A stretch of 64,000 bases of DNA from contig NW_024704742.1 of NCBI RefSeq assembly GCF_018977255.1, positions 57,042,001 through 57,106,000 on the forward strand, in the 5' to 3' direction. The translations under genes and the position numbers were made by a program. Source of the DNA: Callorhinchus milii. Taxonomy: Eukaryota. Each line of letters begins with the position of its first letter. The first letter of the stretch is position 1. A model generated the notes under the pieces. It had not been told where the DNA came from, did no database searches, and saw nothing but the letters and a program-made list of their open reading frames with translations. Below are positions 52,288-64,000 of this stretch, piece by piece.

Positions 52288-52976
52288 GTGACATTGCTCT
52301 CTATTTGGTAAAATGAACGTTAGGTGTCAAACTGAATATACTTTATTCCAGTCAAAAAAATATGCGAGTGGTCAATCACGAGTGAAATCAATTTAGTATA
52401 TGATAGAAATTCCATTGTCCTTGCTTGTTGTAAGTTCATTACTACAGAGTAGTTGAAAGTACCAGACATTAGTGCTGCATTGGGGTTCAATTGATGAAGT
52501 CCCTAGATTGCTTAAACGTTGTAATTCACTGATCAGCATCTAGTGTGCTCGATATCATGCAACACAAAATATTCATTATTATGCATCATTTGAAAGAGAA
52601 ATTCAGCAGGATATACAATTGTTTTAGAATTCCTTGATCATTCCTATCAGAAGCTCAGCACTGTAATCCAGACATTTATTGTTGGGCTATTGTAGGTAGA
52701 TTGGCAGAGCCACGTCAGTTATATTGGCTATTTTTAGTGTGTGAGCACTTGACAGACCTCTCTGCTTCAATTTATTTAGAAGATGAAACAAAGTTTATCA
52801 AGTAATGTGCACCATTCTTCACAGCATATCACACCTTATATGAGTGACAACTATATTTTTTTAAATGAAGCTCATTTTGCAAATACCTGTATGTATGGTT
52901 AAGTTCAAGACACATTCTTACATTTTTGATTTGAATAATATTTTTTGGTATATGAATGAAATTGTTACTCTTTCAG

Positions 52977-53239
52977 CTTTTATGCACTTGGAAAAGGAGG
53001 AGCTCCAGAAAATAGTTACTGACTCTCCAGCGCATGAGGGCAAGAAAAACTACTCCTTCACCAATGAAGAGATCAGATGTATTGATCGTGAAAATCATAG
53101 ATTGCTACAGGAGCTGACTCGAAAAGCCTCCAAATCAAAAAGTAACATTTCAAAGAAAAGTTCAATTGCACCGATCCGAGTATACCACAGCACTCTAAAC
53201 AGACATAGGGAGCAAGAGAGGATAGAGAAAGAAAACTTG
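52977..53239 (+). CDS. CFAP97: CFAP97 second coding exon (263 nt; conserved coiled-coil region)
   Basis: ttactctttcag|CTTTT...AACTTG|gtgagt. Encodes (A)FMHLEK...KKNYSFTNEEIRCIDRENHRLLQEL...YHSTLNRHREQERIEKENL. Phase matches the previous exon. Confidence 0.95.
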
Positions 53240-53301
53240 GTGAGTTCATATAGCTCATAGATACTGAAGCAGAAGTGCCCCCACATGTAAGTTACACAAA
53301 T

Positions 53302-53410
53302 GTCTGTACTGAATTAGCTGATCTCAGCCCTGATGTTGTGAAGCACATTTTGGCCTTGCATCCCTGGGCGAAGTTAGGCAGAATGTACGTACACATGGCC
53401 AGCTGATGTT
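53302..53410 (+). mobile_element. LF-SINE-like remnant (others near 410-610, 10540-10760, 15820-15950, 18950-19090)
   Basis: TCTGTACTGAATTAGCTGATCTCAGCC matches the LF-SINE signature as recalled (TCTGTGCTGAGTTAGCTGATCTCAGC). Confidence 0.6.
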
Positions 53411-54149
53411 TGATGCATTTTATTTTATTCAGTCTGTACTCTGCAGTACCATAGTGAAATCACATGGTGGTGCTGGCGATATGATGAATACGATGTTGTT
53501 CATAATTGTTGGGCACAAGCAGTTTTGACCTCTTTATTCTCCTCAAAGAATTAACTTTAATGGCATTGTAGATGCCTCTGAATTTGTTTTTTTGATTATC
53601 CTGGTATTCAACACAAGTGAAAACCTATCACTCTTCAAACCAAACTATTGGGAGTTCCCCATATCTCTCTGGTAAGGAATGCTTTCTTTCTCCCCAGAGG
53701 GATGCACCATTGCCTACCTAATGCCAGAGAGTTTAAGTACAGGAGCCAAAGCTCAAGTCTCAGAGTAGGCATTGGGATGCTGAGTGGTTTTAATCAGTTT
53801 ATTATTATGAACAGTGTGACAAGCTTCCCATTACTTGTCTAGCTAGGGTCACCCATCAGGGCTTTGTTTTGAAGGGTAATCCCAGTGAGATGAATACCAG
53901 CACTGAATGACTGGCCTTCCTCAGTCCCCCTAACAAGTCAGGTTGGTTTTCAACAATACAATATCATTTACATCTTTATAGCGTCTTGAAGTTTATGAGA
54001 CCTACCAAGATCATCAGAGAGGATTGACTCAATTCCATTACAAGGCTCATCATTGCTTTTGAGCCAATTCAGCCCAAATCCTGCCCCCCCATCACCAGAG
54101 CCAACTCAGCCTGAAAGAGACCTGCCTATGTTTCTCTTCCCCCTCCCAC

Positions 54150-55895
54150 AACATAAGAACATAAGAAGTAGGAGTAGACCATTCGGTCCCTTGAGCCTGC
54201 TCCGCCATTTAATAAGATCATGGCTGATTTTCTAACCTAATTCCATTTACCTGCCCTATCCCCATATCTTTTAATCCCTTTAGTTTTTAAAAATCTATCG
54301 ATCTCAGTCTTGAATATGTTGAATGACTGAGTATTGACAGCCTTCTGGGGTAGAGAATTCAATAACTTCACTACCCTCTGAGTGAAGAAATGTTTTCTCA
54401 ACTCAGTTCTAAAGGGCTGACCTTTAATCCTGAGACTATGACCGCTAGTTTTGGATTCTCCAACCAGGGGAAACGGTCTCACACCATCTACCCTTCTACC
54501 CTGTCAAGACCCTTAAGAATCTTATAGGTTTCTATAAGATCACCTCTAATTATAGAGAATATAGGCCTAGTTTATTCAACCTCTCCTCGTAGGTCAAACC
54601 CTCATCCCAGGAACCAACCTAGTGACCCTATGTTGCACCCCCTCTAAGGCGAGTATATCCTTTCTTAGATAAGGAGACCCAAACTGCACACAATATTCCA
54701 GGTGCGGTCTCACCAGGGCCCTATACAATTACAGCAAGACTTCCCTACTCTTGTACTCAAACCCCTTTGCAATAAACGCTAACATGCTATTAGTCTTCCT
54801 AATTGCTTGCTATACCTGCATACTAACTTTCTATGATTGGTGTACAAGGACACCTAAATTCCTCTGAATACTAACACTATCTAGTCTCTCCCTGTCTAAA
54901 AAATAATCTGCTTTCCTATTTTTTTCTACCTAGGTGAATAACTTCTTGTCTACCGTCATATCTTTTAATCTACTTTCCCTGTCTATTTTAGCCAAATTGT
55001 CCCTCATACCTGCAAAGTTGGCTTTATTTAAGTTTAAGGCCCTTGTTTCGGACTTAACTACATCACTCTCTTAAATTCCATCATATTATGGTCACTCTGC
55101 CCTAGAGGAGCCTTAACTTCAAGATTACTGACTAGCCCTGCTTCATTACACACTACAAGATCTAGGACAATCTGTTCCCTGGTTGGTTCCTCAGCATACT
55201 GATCCAGAAAACTATCTCTCATAAACTCATCCTCTAATTTACTTTTGCCAATTTGATTTTCCCAGTCTATATGAAGATTAAAATCACCCACGATTATTGT
55301 ATTACCCTTGTTATATGCTCCTCTAATTTCCTGATTAATACTCTGCCCAAAACTGTAACTGCTGTTCACGGGTCTATAAACTACTCCTATTAGTGTTTTC
55401 TGCCCCTTGTTGTTTCTTAGCTCCACCCATACTGATTCTACATCCTGATTTTCTGACTTAAGATCCTTCCTCTCTACTGTTTTTATCTCATCCTTTATTA
55501 ACAGGGCTACCCCCCACCTCGTTTTCCATATTGCCTATCTTCCCTATACGTCAGGTACCCTGGAATGTTTAGCTCCCAACCTTGGTCTCCCTGTAACCAC
55601 GTCTCAGTAATGGCTACTAGATCGTACCTGTTTATCTCTATTTGTGCCATTAATTCATCTATCTTGTTACGACTGCTTAGTGCATTCAGGGAGAGTGTCT
55701 TTAATTTTAACCTTTTACTATTTCCCGTACTCATTAATGCCCGATTTTCTTTGTTAAAACTCTTTGTCCCTACTTGAAACACTGTGTTCATCATCTCCCA
55801 GGTTGCTACTCTGCTCTGCAGCCTTGACTTTTCTTATTTGCTTTGTGAATTTACATTTAACCGTAACCCTCCCTCCTCCCCTATTTAGTTTAAAG
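54150..55895 (-). mobile_element. CR1 LINE with intact 3' end and large internal deletion
   Basis: 3' terminal repeat CATAAGAACATAAGAA; C-terminus GHSLRIKGQPFRTELRKHFFTQRVV; endonuclease motifs AITETW, GVVYRP, GDFN and SDHN. Most of the RT is missing near 54945. Confidence 0.9.
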
Positions 55896-56374
55896 CTCTA
55901 TCCAAACCCGTCCAAAGAGGATTTAAAGGAAGAGTACAAGATCCAAAATAGCTACCTAAAATAATGGGGACACTACATCTTAGAATTCGATTCATAATCT
56001 GTCATCTCCCTTTTTAGGTGGAAATTAGAGCTCCCATGGCTCTTTCTGGAATGGAAAGGGAGTTTCTCCATTGTCTTGGCCAACAATGCACAGATAAAAT
56101 TGGTCATTCACCTTGTGGCTATTTATGCAACCTACAAAATACAATTATTGCACTTCACAGTAAAATCAATTATCAATCGCAAAAATTATTATTAGTATAA
56201 GTATTGCGCAATAAATCTCCTTCCTGCTCCAAAAAAATTATGTTCAATGATGTGTGTATAACTGGCCCAAAAAATTCTTCAGGAGAATGGATCGGTTATA
56301 CAAACACAACTTCAAAAACAACTTGCACTTATATAGCACCCTCCACACAGGGTAGCATCGTAGAACACTTAAGA

Positions 56375-56680
56375 CCTGTAGCTCAGTGGTTAGAGCACTC
56401 GCTTTGCAAGCGAGAGACCAGAGTTCAATTCCAGGCACAGGGTGAAACCTTGGGCAAGTTTCCTTACTCCACACAGAGCCTAATAATAATCCCTCCAAAA
56501 AAACAAAAATAAATTGGTCATTTTCAATCTACGACTGTTTGTGAGACACTGCTGTGCGCAATTGGCTTCCGCGTTCGCCCACAAATATACAGTCAATTCA
56601 CTTTACAGTATATTCTGTGAAGCGCTTTGGGAGGTCTAGAAGACGTGAAAAGCGCTATATCAAATGCAAGGATTATTATT
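56375..56680 (+). mobile_element. tRNA-Ala SINE, short variant, inside an L2 tail
   Basis: Similarity to the family. Confidence 0.9.
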
Positions 56681-57538
56681 AACAGTGGCAAAGCTGGGGG
56701 GTGGGGTGACTGTAAGCACGGTCAAAAAGGAAGCTTTTCAGGTGGGACTTGAAAAAGGGGAGAGAGGGGGCAAGGCAGAGGGAATGAAGGAGAGTGTTTC
56801 ACACTTTTGGGGTGTAGTGGCTGATGGAACGACTTCCAATGGTGGAGTGGAGGGGGAAAGGGACAATCAGGAAACTAGTGCCAGTTGAGCGGAGGCGCCG
56901 GGTGATGGGTTGGGGAGCGAGGAGGTCAGACAGGTAGGGAGGTGCCAGGGAGTGAAGGGGCTTGAACACGGGTGTGAAAATCTTGAAGTCGATCTGTTCG
57001 ATGATGGGGAGCCAGTGGAACCTGGCCAGAATTGGTGAGATGGGGCTACGGACTTTGGTCCGGGTAAGTATATGGGCAGCAGAGCTCTGAATGAGCTGGA
57101 TTATTTGAATAATGCAGCTGGGGAGACCGTCGAGGAGTGTGTTTGAGTAATCCAGGTGGGAGGTGACAAACGCATGCATGAGGGTTTCGGCTGCATTTGG
57201 GGTAAACAATGTTGGAGGCGAGCAATGTAGCAGAGGTGGAGGAAGGCGATCCTGGTCAGGAACTGGATGTGGGGCAGGAAGGACAGCTGGGGGACACCTA
57301 GGTTGCCCACTGTTTTGGTGAGTCTGAGGGAAACCCCAGGGAGGTTGAGGAGTTCAGATCGACAGGAGTGAAGACGTTGACGGGAGCCAAGGTGTACTGG
57401 AGGAGGTAAAGTAGTTGGTACTGGAGGAGGCAAAGTAGATTTGTGTGTCATCCACATACATGTGGAAGTTTACCCCATGTCTGCGGATGATATCACCAAG
57501 AGGGAGCATATAGCTGAGGTAAAGAAGGGGGCCAAGGA

Positions 57539-57865
57539 TAATAATAATAATAATAATCCTTGCATTTGATATAGCGCTTTTCACGTCAGGAGGATGTCCC
57601 AAAGCGCTTCACAGAACACACTGTAAAGTGAATTGACTGTATATTTGTGGGCGAACGCGGCAGCCAATTGCGCACAGCAATGTCCCACAAACAGTCGTAG
57701 ATTGAAAATGACCAATTTAATTATTGTTTTTGGTTTTGGAGGGATTATTATTAGGCTCTGTGTGGAGTAGGGAAACTTGCCCAAGGTTTCGCCCTCTGCC
57801 TGGAATTGAACTCAGGTCTCTCACTTGCAAAGCGAGTGCTCTAACCACTGAGCTACAGGACTCCA
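57539..57865 (-). mobile_element. tRNA-Ala SINE, short variant, inside L2 RT
   Basis: Near-identical to the reverse complement of 30511-30834. Confidence 0.92.
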
Positions 57866-58558
57866 CTCCAAGGTAGATGAGGGAGGAGAGCCAATGGAGG
57901 AGGATGGCGTGGTCGACTGTATCAAACATGGCAGAGAGATCCAGGAGGACGAAGAGACAGATGGAGCCCTGTTCACAGATAGAGAGAATGTCGTCTGTGA
58001 CTTTGACGAGCGCTGTCTCTGTGCTGTGGTCAGGGCAAAAACCAGACAGCAGGCGCTCGAGGAGGGAGTGGAGGGTGAGGTGTGAGCGACGTTGACCTGC
58101 AACAATGCAGTCCAGGACTTTAGCAAGGCAGGGTAGGTTGGGAGTGGGACAGTGGTGGGAGAGATTAGAGAGATTGAGGTTGGTTTTTTTGAGGTGGGGT
58201 GTGATAACAGCGGTTTTCAGGGGGAGTGGAGGTTGCTGTCTGCATCAGGAACCATCTGGGTGGAGGGGCAGAGGGAGTGGAGGTCTGGAGAAGAGAGGGC
58301 ATTTGTAAGGGGAGAGGGTATTTGTGAGAGTATTATAAGCCGAATGGCAAGGTTCTGAAAGTCAACTCGTGACATTTGCACTACATTTATTTAAAGTAAT
58401 TTACTTGCAGCTGTTGATCCCATAATACTATCTGTTGCAGCACTGCCCAAGAATTATGCCCTGTAAGAGAACAATGGTTTCAATTGTGACTAAATGTTTA
58501 ACTAAACACAGCAACTTGTAACTATTAGAGAGGCAAAATTTACAGAATTGGTGTTGTT

Positions 58559-58919
58559 GTGGAGTCCTGTAGCTCAGTGATCAGAGTGCTTGCCTTGCAA
58601 GCGAGAGATCCGGGTTTGATTCCCAGAAGGGCGAAATATTGGCCAAGTTTACTTACTCCACGCGCCTCTGCTTACCTAGCAAGTAGGAACCCAATTGTTA
58701 GTTGAATGGTGGATCACTTTTCCAGGGGTAATAATTCCTGCCAAAAAAAAACTTTGTCACTCAATCCACGACTGTTTATGGGACCCTGCTGTGCGCAATT
58801 GGCTGCTGCGTTTTGCCCACAAAATATACAGTCAATTCACTTTACGGTTTATTCCGTGAAGTGCTTTGTGATGTCTCAAAGACGCGATAAAGCGCTATAT
58901 CAAATGCAAGGATTATTAT
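58559..58919 (+). mobile_element. tRNA-Ala SINE, long variant
   Basis: Similarity to the family. Confidence 0.88.
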
Positions 58920-61012
58920 GCATTTTTATTTCTGTAATGTCTTTTACTGCTGGAGTTAAAAAGATGTGATATCACAATGATTCTTACTAACAAATTACAT
59001 TACTTTGTAGCTTTTTTAAATATTGCCATCGCATTCTGTGTTGTAGAGGATCATCTTAACACCTGTTAAGTCTGAAGGTTATTACAACCTTCAACAGTGT
59101 TATGGTACAGTGAATCGTCATAGTGAAAGTTAGTTTTGATTGGTTCATGTGACTGAAGCCTTTCATGTTAGGACTTCATGCCGATAACCATTCAAAGGAT
59201 CATAAGATCTTTTCTCCCTCAGCAAACTCATAAATCTCCGCACTCCTATTTGTAGGCAATCCTAATTTGAAAAATAACTCCTGCTGAAGGCAGTTTTGAA
59301 CTGTGGCTGCATTTCTATTACAAGTTAGAAACTTGCGAAAAGGAAGGATTATTAAATCTTTCAATAGCATTAGTATTGCAAGATCTAGTTTTCTTTCCTT
59401 GTGTTCACAACAATAGTAAAATTTAACGTTTACATGGAGCAACAACATAGACTTCCAAATTAAATTTATTTAATTGAACTATTTTGGTTTTAAATTTGAA
59501 ACCTTTTAAACAGCTTACTGCAGTAATACCATAGTTTAATACTGGCATTCTTTATATCCGATACTGTACTAAAATAAATAAAACTTTAAAATATAAACAA
59601 AATAAATAAAACTTTACAATTTACCAAAAGCAACAACATAAAATAAACCAATTAACCAGATGTATTAAATTTGTTTAATTGTTGTATTTTATTTAAAACT
59701 TGAAACTTAGTTAATGCTGTTTAAAAACTAATGGTTGCTAATAAAGTGTAAATATTTTCTTTATTCTAGTATTGTTTATCTAAGGTTTCCAATGTTTGTC
59801 TCCTTACAGATATCCGTCATGTCTATACACCAAATCTGTTCAGTATTCCTAAAACTAACTTTGAACCTTAGACACCCATAATAGTAATTTTGTTGCACTT
59901 GATTTACTACCCTTTACATCATAATGTCTTGCTTCACAAGTGTTAACTGTCAAGTGTAGTGACTTTTTACAAATTCTGTAGCCAGTTTGCTCACATCAAG
60001 GTCCCAAACAGCCAGAGGTGAATGGCTAATTTATCTGGAGCATTCCTCGCCGAAACTGGGAAATGTCCCTTCTCTTTTTGAATAATGCCTTGGGATCTTT
60101 AACATCGATCTAAACATAGGTCGGATCTTACTTTTTAATGTCTGAACCAAAGGATTATAACTCGTAACAATGCAGCACTCCAGATATCTATCATCTTAAA
60201 ATGCTGGATTGGAAACTTTGTAAAACAATAAAGTATGAAACCTAAAAAAGTATATGATGATTTAATGTGGAGTGAAACAATGGAAATGGCATTTGTGAGG
60301 ATGTATTTTTATATGGAGGGGAGGAATCCAGATTAAAAAAGAGTGAATTACATTGCGCAACTCAACGCAAGAGCATATGGTATTGATGGATAAGTGAATA
60401 TCATTACCAATGCAGATTCTGTGCATATTGTTCTGCAGCAAGATTAGTTAAGTGACTATTCAGTATATCTTTTTAAGTATTATCTTAAGTACAGCATCGT
60501 TCAGCTTTCTGTAGCTTATGTCTGTTCTCAGATTAGTGCAACTATATATGTATGAAGACCCATCCCATGCAGTCCCATGTGCAACTGATGTGTCGTCATA
60601 ATGTAATCCAAGCAGTTGCCTAAAATAAAACTGAAGGTGTTTAGTTAGAAAATGTGTGCTGGGTACAAACAGTACAGTCAGTTCATTTTTAGAAATGTAC
60701 ATCCTTCAAGGTTAATTTAAAGCCGTCAGTATTATCTTCCCATAATCTAATGTCTTTGGGCTACTATCCTTAAATTCCCTATTTTCCCCAAATGGGTTTA
60801 CCATTTCCCAATTTAGAATGAGCTTTTCTTAGTACAGTATCACAAGCTTTGTAGAAGGGGCCTTTGGCTCATTCAGTATTGCTCCATTGTTCCTTAAATG
60901 TTTCTCATGTGCCTGGCTCTACCTTTTCTGATATGCACTTCCAGTAGCTATTTAAGTTGTGTGGCAAATAAATACTTTCGGTTGTTTATCCTAAAATTAT
61001 TCTTCACATCTT

Positions 61013-63176
61013 TGAACCTGTGCCCTGTAGTCCTGCTGCCCAGCTCAGCATCAATGAACTCTTCAAAGTGACCATTTATCGAGCCTTGGATTTTCCTTAT
61101 TTTGAAATAGTCCCGGTGCTGAAACCTACAATAAATTTACACTACCTTATGTAAACATTTGGGTAAAATATTAAGTGTTTTGGTTTCATGGATAATGCTG
61201 TTTTTAAGCTATTTAATAATAATCTTTGCATTTGATACACAGTACTTTTCATAATAATAATTATAATAATCCTTCCATTTTTATACAACGCCTTATCACG
61301 TCATCGAGACATCACAAAGCGCTCACAGGATATGCTGTAACGTGGTGTATTTTGTGGGCGAAACACGGCATCCAGTTGCATACAACAATGTCCCACAAAT
61401 AGCCATGGAATGAATGACCAATTTTATTTGGGGGATTGTTGGTCAGGACACTGGGAGAAACTTCTCTTTTCGAACAGTGCCATGGGATCTTTAACGTCCA
61501 CCTGATCAGGCAGTCAGGATTTCATCTTAACGTCTCATCCGAAGGATGGCACCTCCGACAATGCAGCACACCCCCAGCACCACACAGGAGTGTCAGATTA
61601 GACCATGTGATTCCAACTCCCGACGTGGGGCTTGAACCCACAACCTTCTGACTCCGAGGCGAGAGTGCTACCACTGAATCAAACTGACACTTAATTTACA
61701 GGTTATGAATTATAAAGTTTTATTGTAGGAACAAAAGCACACATCTTACACATTCATGCAGCCACTTCAGTTTGTGATTCGGTCAACTATAATGCATGTA
61801 CTAGTCTCCAAAAATTACTATGGAAGTATGTCACATTTTCAGCCAGGTCTAGGATTTCATGTTCTGGAACGCAATAACTCCATCCATAGGCTATTTCAGG
61901 CAACAGTGCTTCCTTTGGCTTGTGCTTAGCTAGTTATTTCCATTTGACGCTTGAAAAACTGGCAGCACATCTCAACGCATGTGACATGCACTCTCAAATG
62001 CAATGCGTTTTTAACATTTAGTGTGCTAACTGCTGCTGAGTTCAAAAAGTTACCACCAAAATGTATTTCTAGTTTTAAATTTCAGTTGTGAATTTTCATT
62101 GTTTGGAAATGACTAGAATGAAGTTAAATTAGAAAAGTTGAAATGTTCAAGCTTGTCAAAAACATATGCATGCTATAAAAACTTGATAGGCATTCAGTTC
62201 ATTACATTTTTGTCATAGGAACATAGCAATTGCTAGACAAAAAAAGACCAAGGTCCATCTAGTCTGTCTTCTACCATCCTGGTTGTCGCATGCTACAATA
62301 ATGGAGATGTGGATAACAATTAGTTCTGTGTGTATTAGCCTACCCTACCAATAAACTGGAAAGCTTTGGGAACCTTAGTTCGAAAGTTGCATAGTTCTTC
62401 CAAGCCTACTACACTTACTATATGTCATGTCTCAAATTACTCATGTACTGTAACCCCAAATATTATTTTATAAAATCCCTCTAAATTGCATTTGAATAAA
62501 TTGACACTATCTGCTTCCACCATCTCCCTCTGGAGGCTGTTCCATAGATTTACCACTATCACTGAAATGGTGTTTCTGCAGATTGTATGCAGTCGCGCCA
62601 TCCTTCAGTCATTCTGGTTGCCCTCCTCTGTATCCTCTCAATCGCTGCAATATCCTTTTTCTACTGTACGACTAGAACTGTACACAGTATTCCAAGTATG
62701 GCTTGTACCAATGATTTATAAAGTGGCATGCTTGCTCTACTATTTCAGCTCAATATTGCCCATTTAATACATGAGAACATATTTACTCTCATTTCAGTCT
62801 GATTTAGCAAGATTATTGTCTTTTAATTCCTTACATTTGTTTATTTGTTTGTCAAAGCTTATATATTCATGTTTGACCAGCAAATATTGCTTAGGCAAAT
62901 TCTTTAAGTGTGAAAACAACTCTGAACCTGTGCCCTCTAGTCCTGCTGCCCATCAATGAACTCTTCAAGTTACCATTTATCGAACCTTGGATTTTCCTTA
63001 TTTTGAAATAATCCCTGTGCTGAAACCTACAATAAATTTACCCTACCTTATGTAAACATTTGGGTAAAATATTAAGCGTTTTGGTTTTATGAATAATGTT
63101 TCTAGGTTATTTAATAATAATCCTTGCATTTGATACACAACGTCCCACAAACAGCTATGGGGTGAATGACCAATTT
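61013..63176 (+). repeat. Local direct duplication of about 230 bp (61013-61241 and 62923-63139, extending into SINE sequence)
   Basis: The copies align by eye, e.g. GTGCTGAAACCTACAATAAATTTAC and CTACCTTATGTAAACATTTGGGTAAAATATTAAG. Confidence 0.93.
61255..61690 (-). mobile_element. Older Deu-domain SINE (SacSINE1/AmnSINE-like); further copies near 1640-1905, 6380-6700, 9770-10080, 16660-17010, 28720-28900, 43630-44000, 59980-60185
   Basis: tRNA-like head, then GGAGGTGCC...CGGATGAGACGTTAA...CAGGTGGACGTTAAAGATCCCATGGCAC (Deu domain as recalled), then the same 3' portion as the younger SINE. Confidence 0.8.
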
Positions 63177-63973
63177 ACAAAATTTACAAAATATAATTTG
63201 CAAATGTAATTTTGTTGTAATTAACCTTTGCAATTATTTAAACCCCTGTGATTTGGACACATTGAGTGGAATCAGAATGCACCAGTGGACTTGTGGAGTT
63301 GACCTGGCTAGTAATGTTCTGCCATTGCCTAGAAAGAGCCTCACTATGTAATGATTATTAAAGCTAGGACTCTTCGGTATTGAGAGTAGACGACTTCTGA
63401 CTCATACTTTGGCTGCAATGATTCTGAATCTGTTTCTTTTTTATTTATATTTTCCTTAGTTAGAAAGTGCATCATCACAAGTGATATATCAATTTTTAAC
63501 AAAACAAAGTATTGTACATCCAAGTAGCCTCAGTGATTCAGGGGCTGCAATGCAATCATGATGTACTTTCTCACAAGATCCCAAGATTGGTCTGGACTTA
63601 GAAGACCATTCGGCCCATCTGATCTCATCCCTCCAGACCACCCTCCCTATCATTCCTCCCATCACGGAGCTGCTTTTTAAATGAGTCTAGATCCCTAGCT
63701 TCTATCACCTATCCTGGCCATCTGTTCCAATCATTGAATAAAGTTTTCTTTATGAGTAGGGTAATCAATGATTGGAACAGGTTGTATCTGCCCTGAAATT
63801 ACCTTTATAACTTAAATCCAAGTTCTCTTGTTCTACTGTCATGATATATCCTAAAGTATTGATCTGGGTTTAGTTTTTCAATTGCATTTAAAATGTTATA
63901 CACTTCAATGGGGTCCCCACTAAGTCGTCTTCTTTCAATACTGAAGAGCCCTTGCTTGTATAGTCATTATACA

Positions 63974-64000
63974 GTGGAGTCCTGTAGCTCAGTGGTTAGA
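63974..64000 (+). mobile_element. Head of another tRNA-Ala SINE, cut by the window edge
   Basis: GTGGAGTCCTGTAGCTCAGTGGTTAGA. Confidence 0.8.

Larger units (their letters stand above)
56316..58340 (-). mobile_element. L2 LINE interrupted by two SINE insertions
   Basis: RT motifs FDTVDH and [11 protein letters not shown] plus L2 C-terminus. Tail at 56316-56374 resembles the reverse complement of 33012-33070. SINEs at 56375-56680 and 57539-57865. Confidence 0.87.

Noticed and set aside
52288..52316. C-terminal DIALYLVK of the 386-aa ORF, and likewise 52865-52976 of the 131-aa ORF
   Set aside because: Intron read-through beyond the splice sites; similarity to CFAP97 stops at the junctions.
53240..64000. 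Next CFAP97 exon (ALLKRLEAVKPT...), including the LKPT-like frame near 61115
   Set aside because: No matching frame with splice sites; the 61115 sequence is part of a local duplication and hits a stop.
1..64000. CRISPR arrays, operons or prokaryotic defence systems
   Set aside because: The sequence is vertebrate, with spliced genes and LINE/SINE repeats; no repeat-spacer array is present.

Overview
Vertebrate genomic DNA, not prokaryotic. The repeat content (L2 and CR1 LINEs, Deu-type SINEs, LF-SINE-like remnants, a Penelope-type remnant) suggests a cartilaginous fish, possibly a chimaera; this is inference. Two protein-coding genes lie head-to-head, as I recall they do in human. SNX25 is on the minus strand: coding exon 35403-35158 with two TM segments, and an 85-nt exon at 16413-16329; no later exons were found in the window. 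CFAP97 is on the plus strand: coding exons 51156-52287 and 52977-53239; no later exons were found. Each gene has its own CpG-rich 5' region followed by a long compound microsatellite, 3.2 kb in the case of CFAP97. The rest is intron or intergenic DNA full of retroelements, two hAT MITE copies and several short local duplications. I found no new multi-gene system. The most notable signals are a minimal hammerhead-ribozyme motif in a Penelope-type remnant (4254-4282), a modular tRNA-Ala SINE whose 3' stem-loop matches the local L2, and the AUG/uORF arrangement at the SNX25 start. Homology calls rest on remembered sequences, not database searches, and repeat boundaries are approximate.
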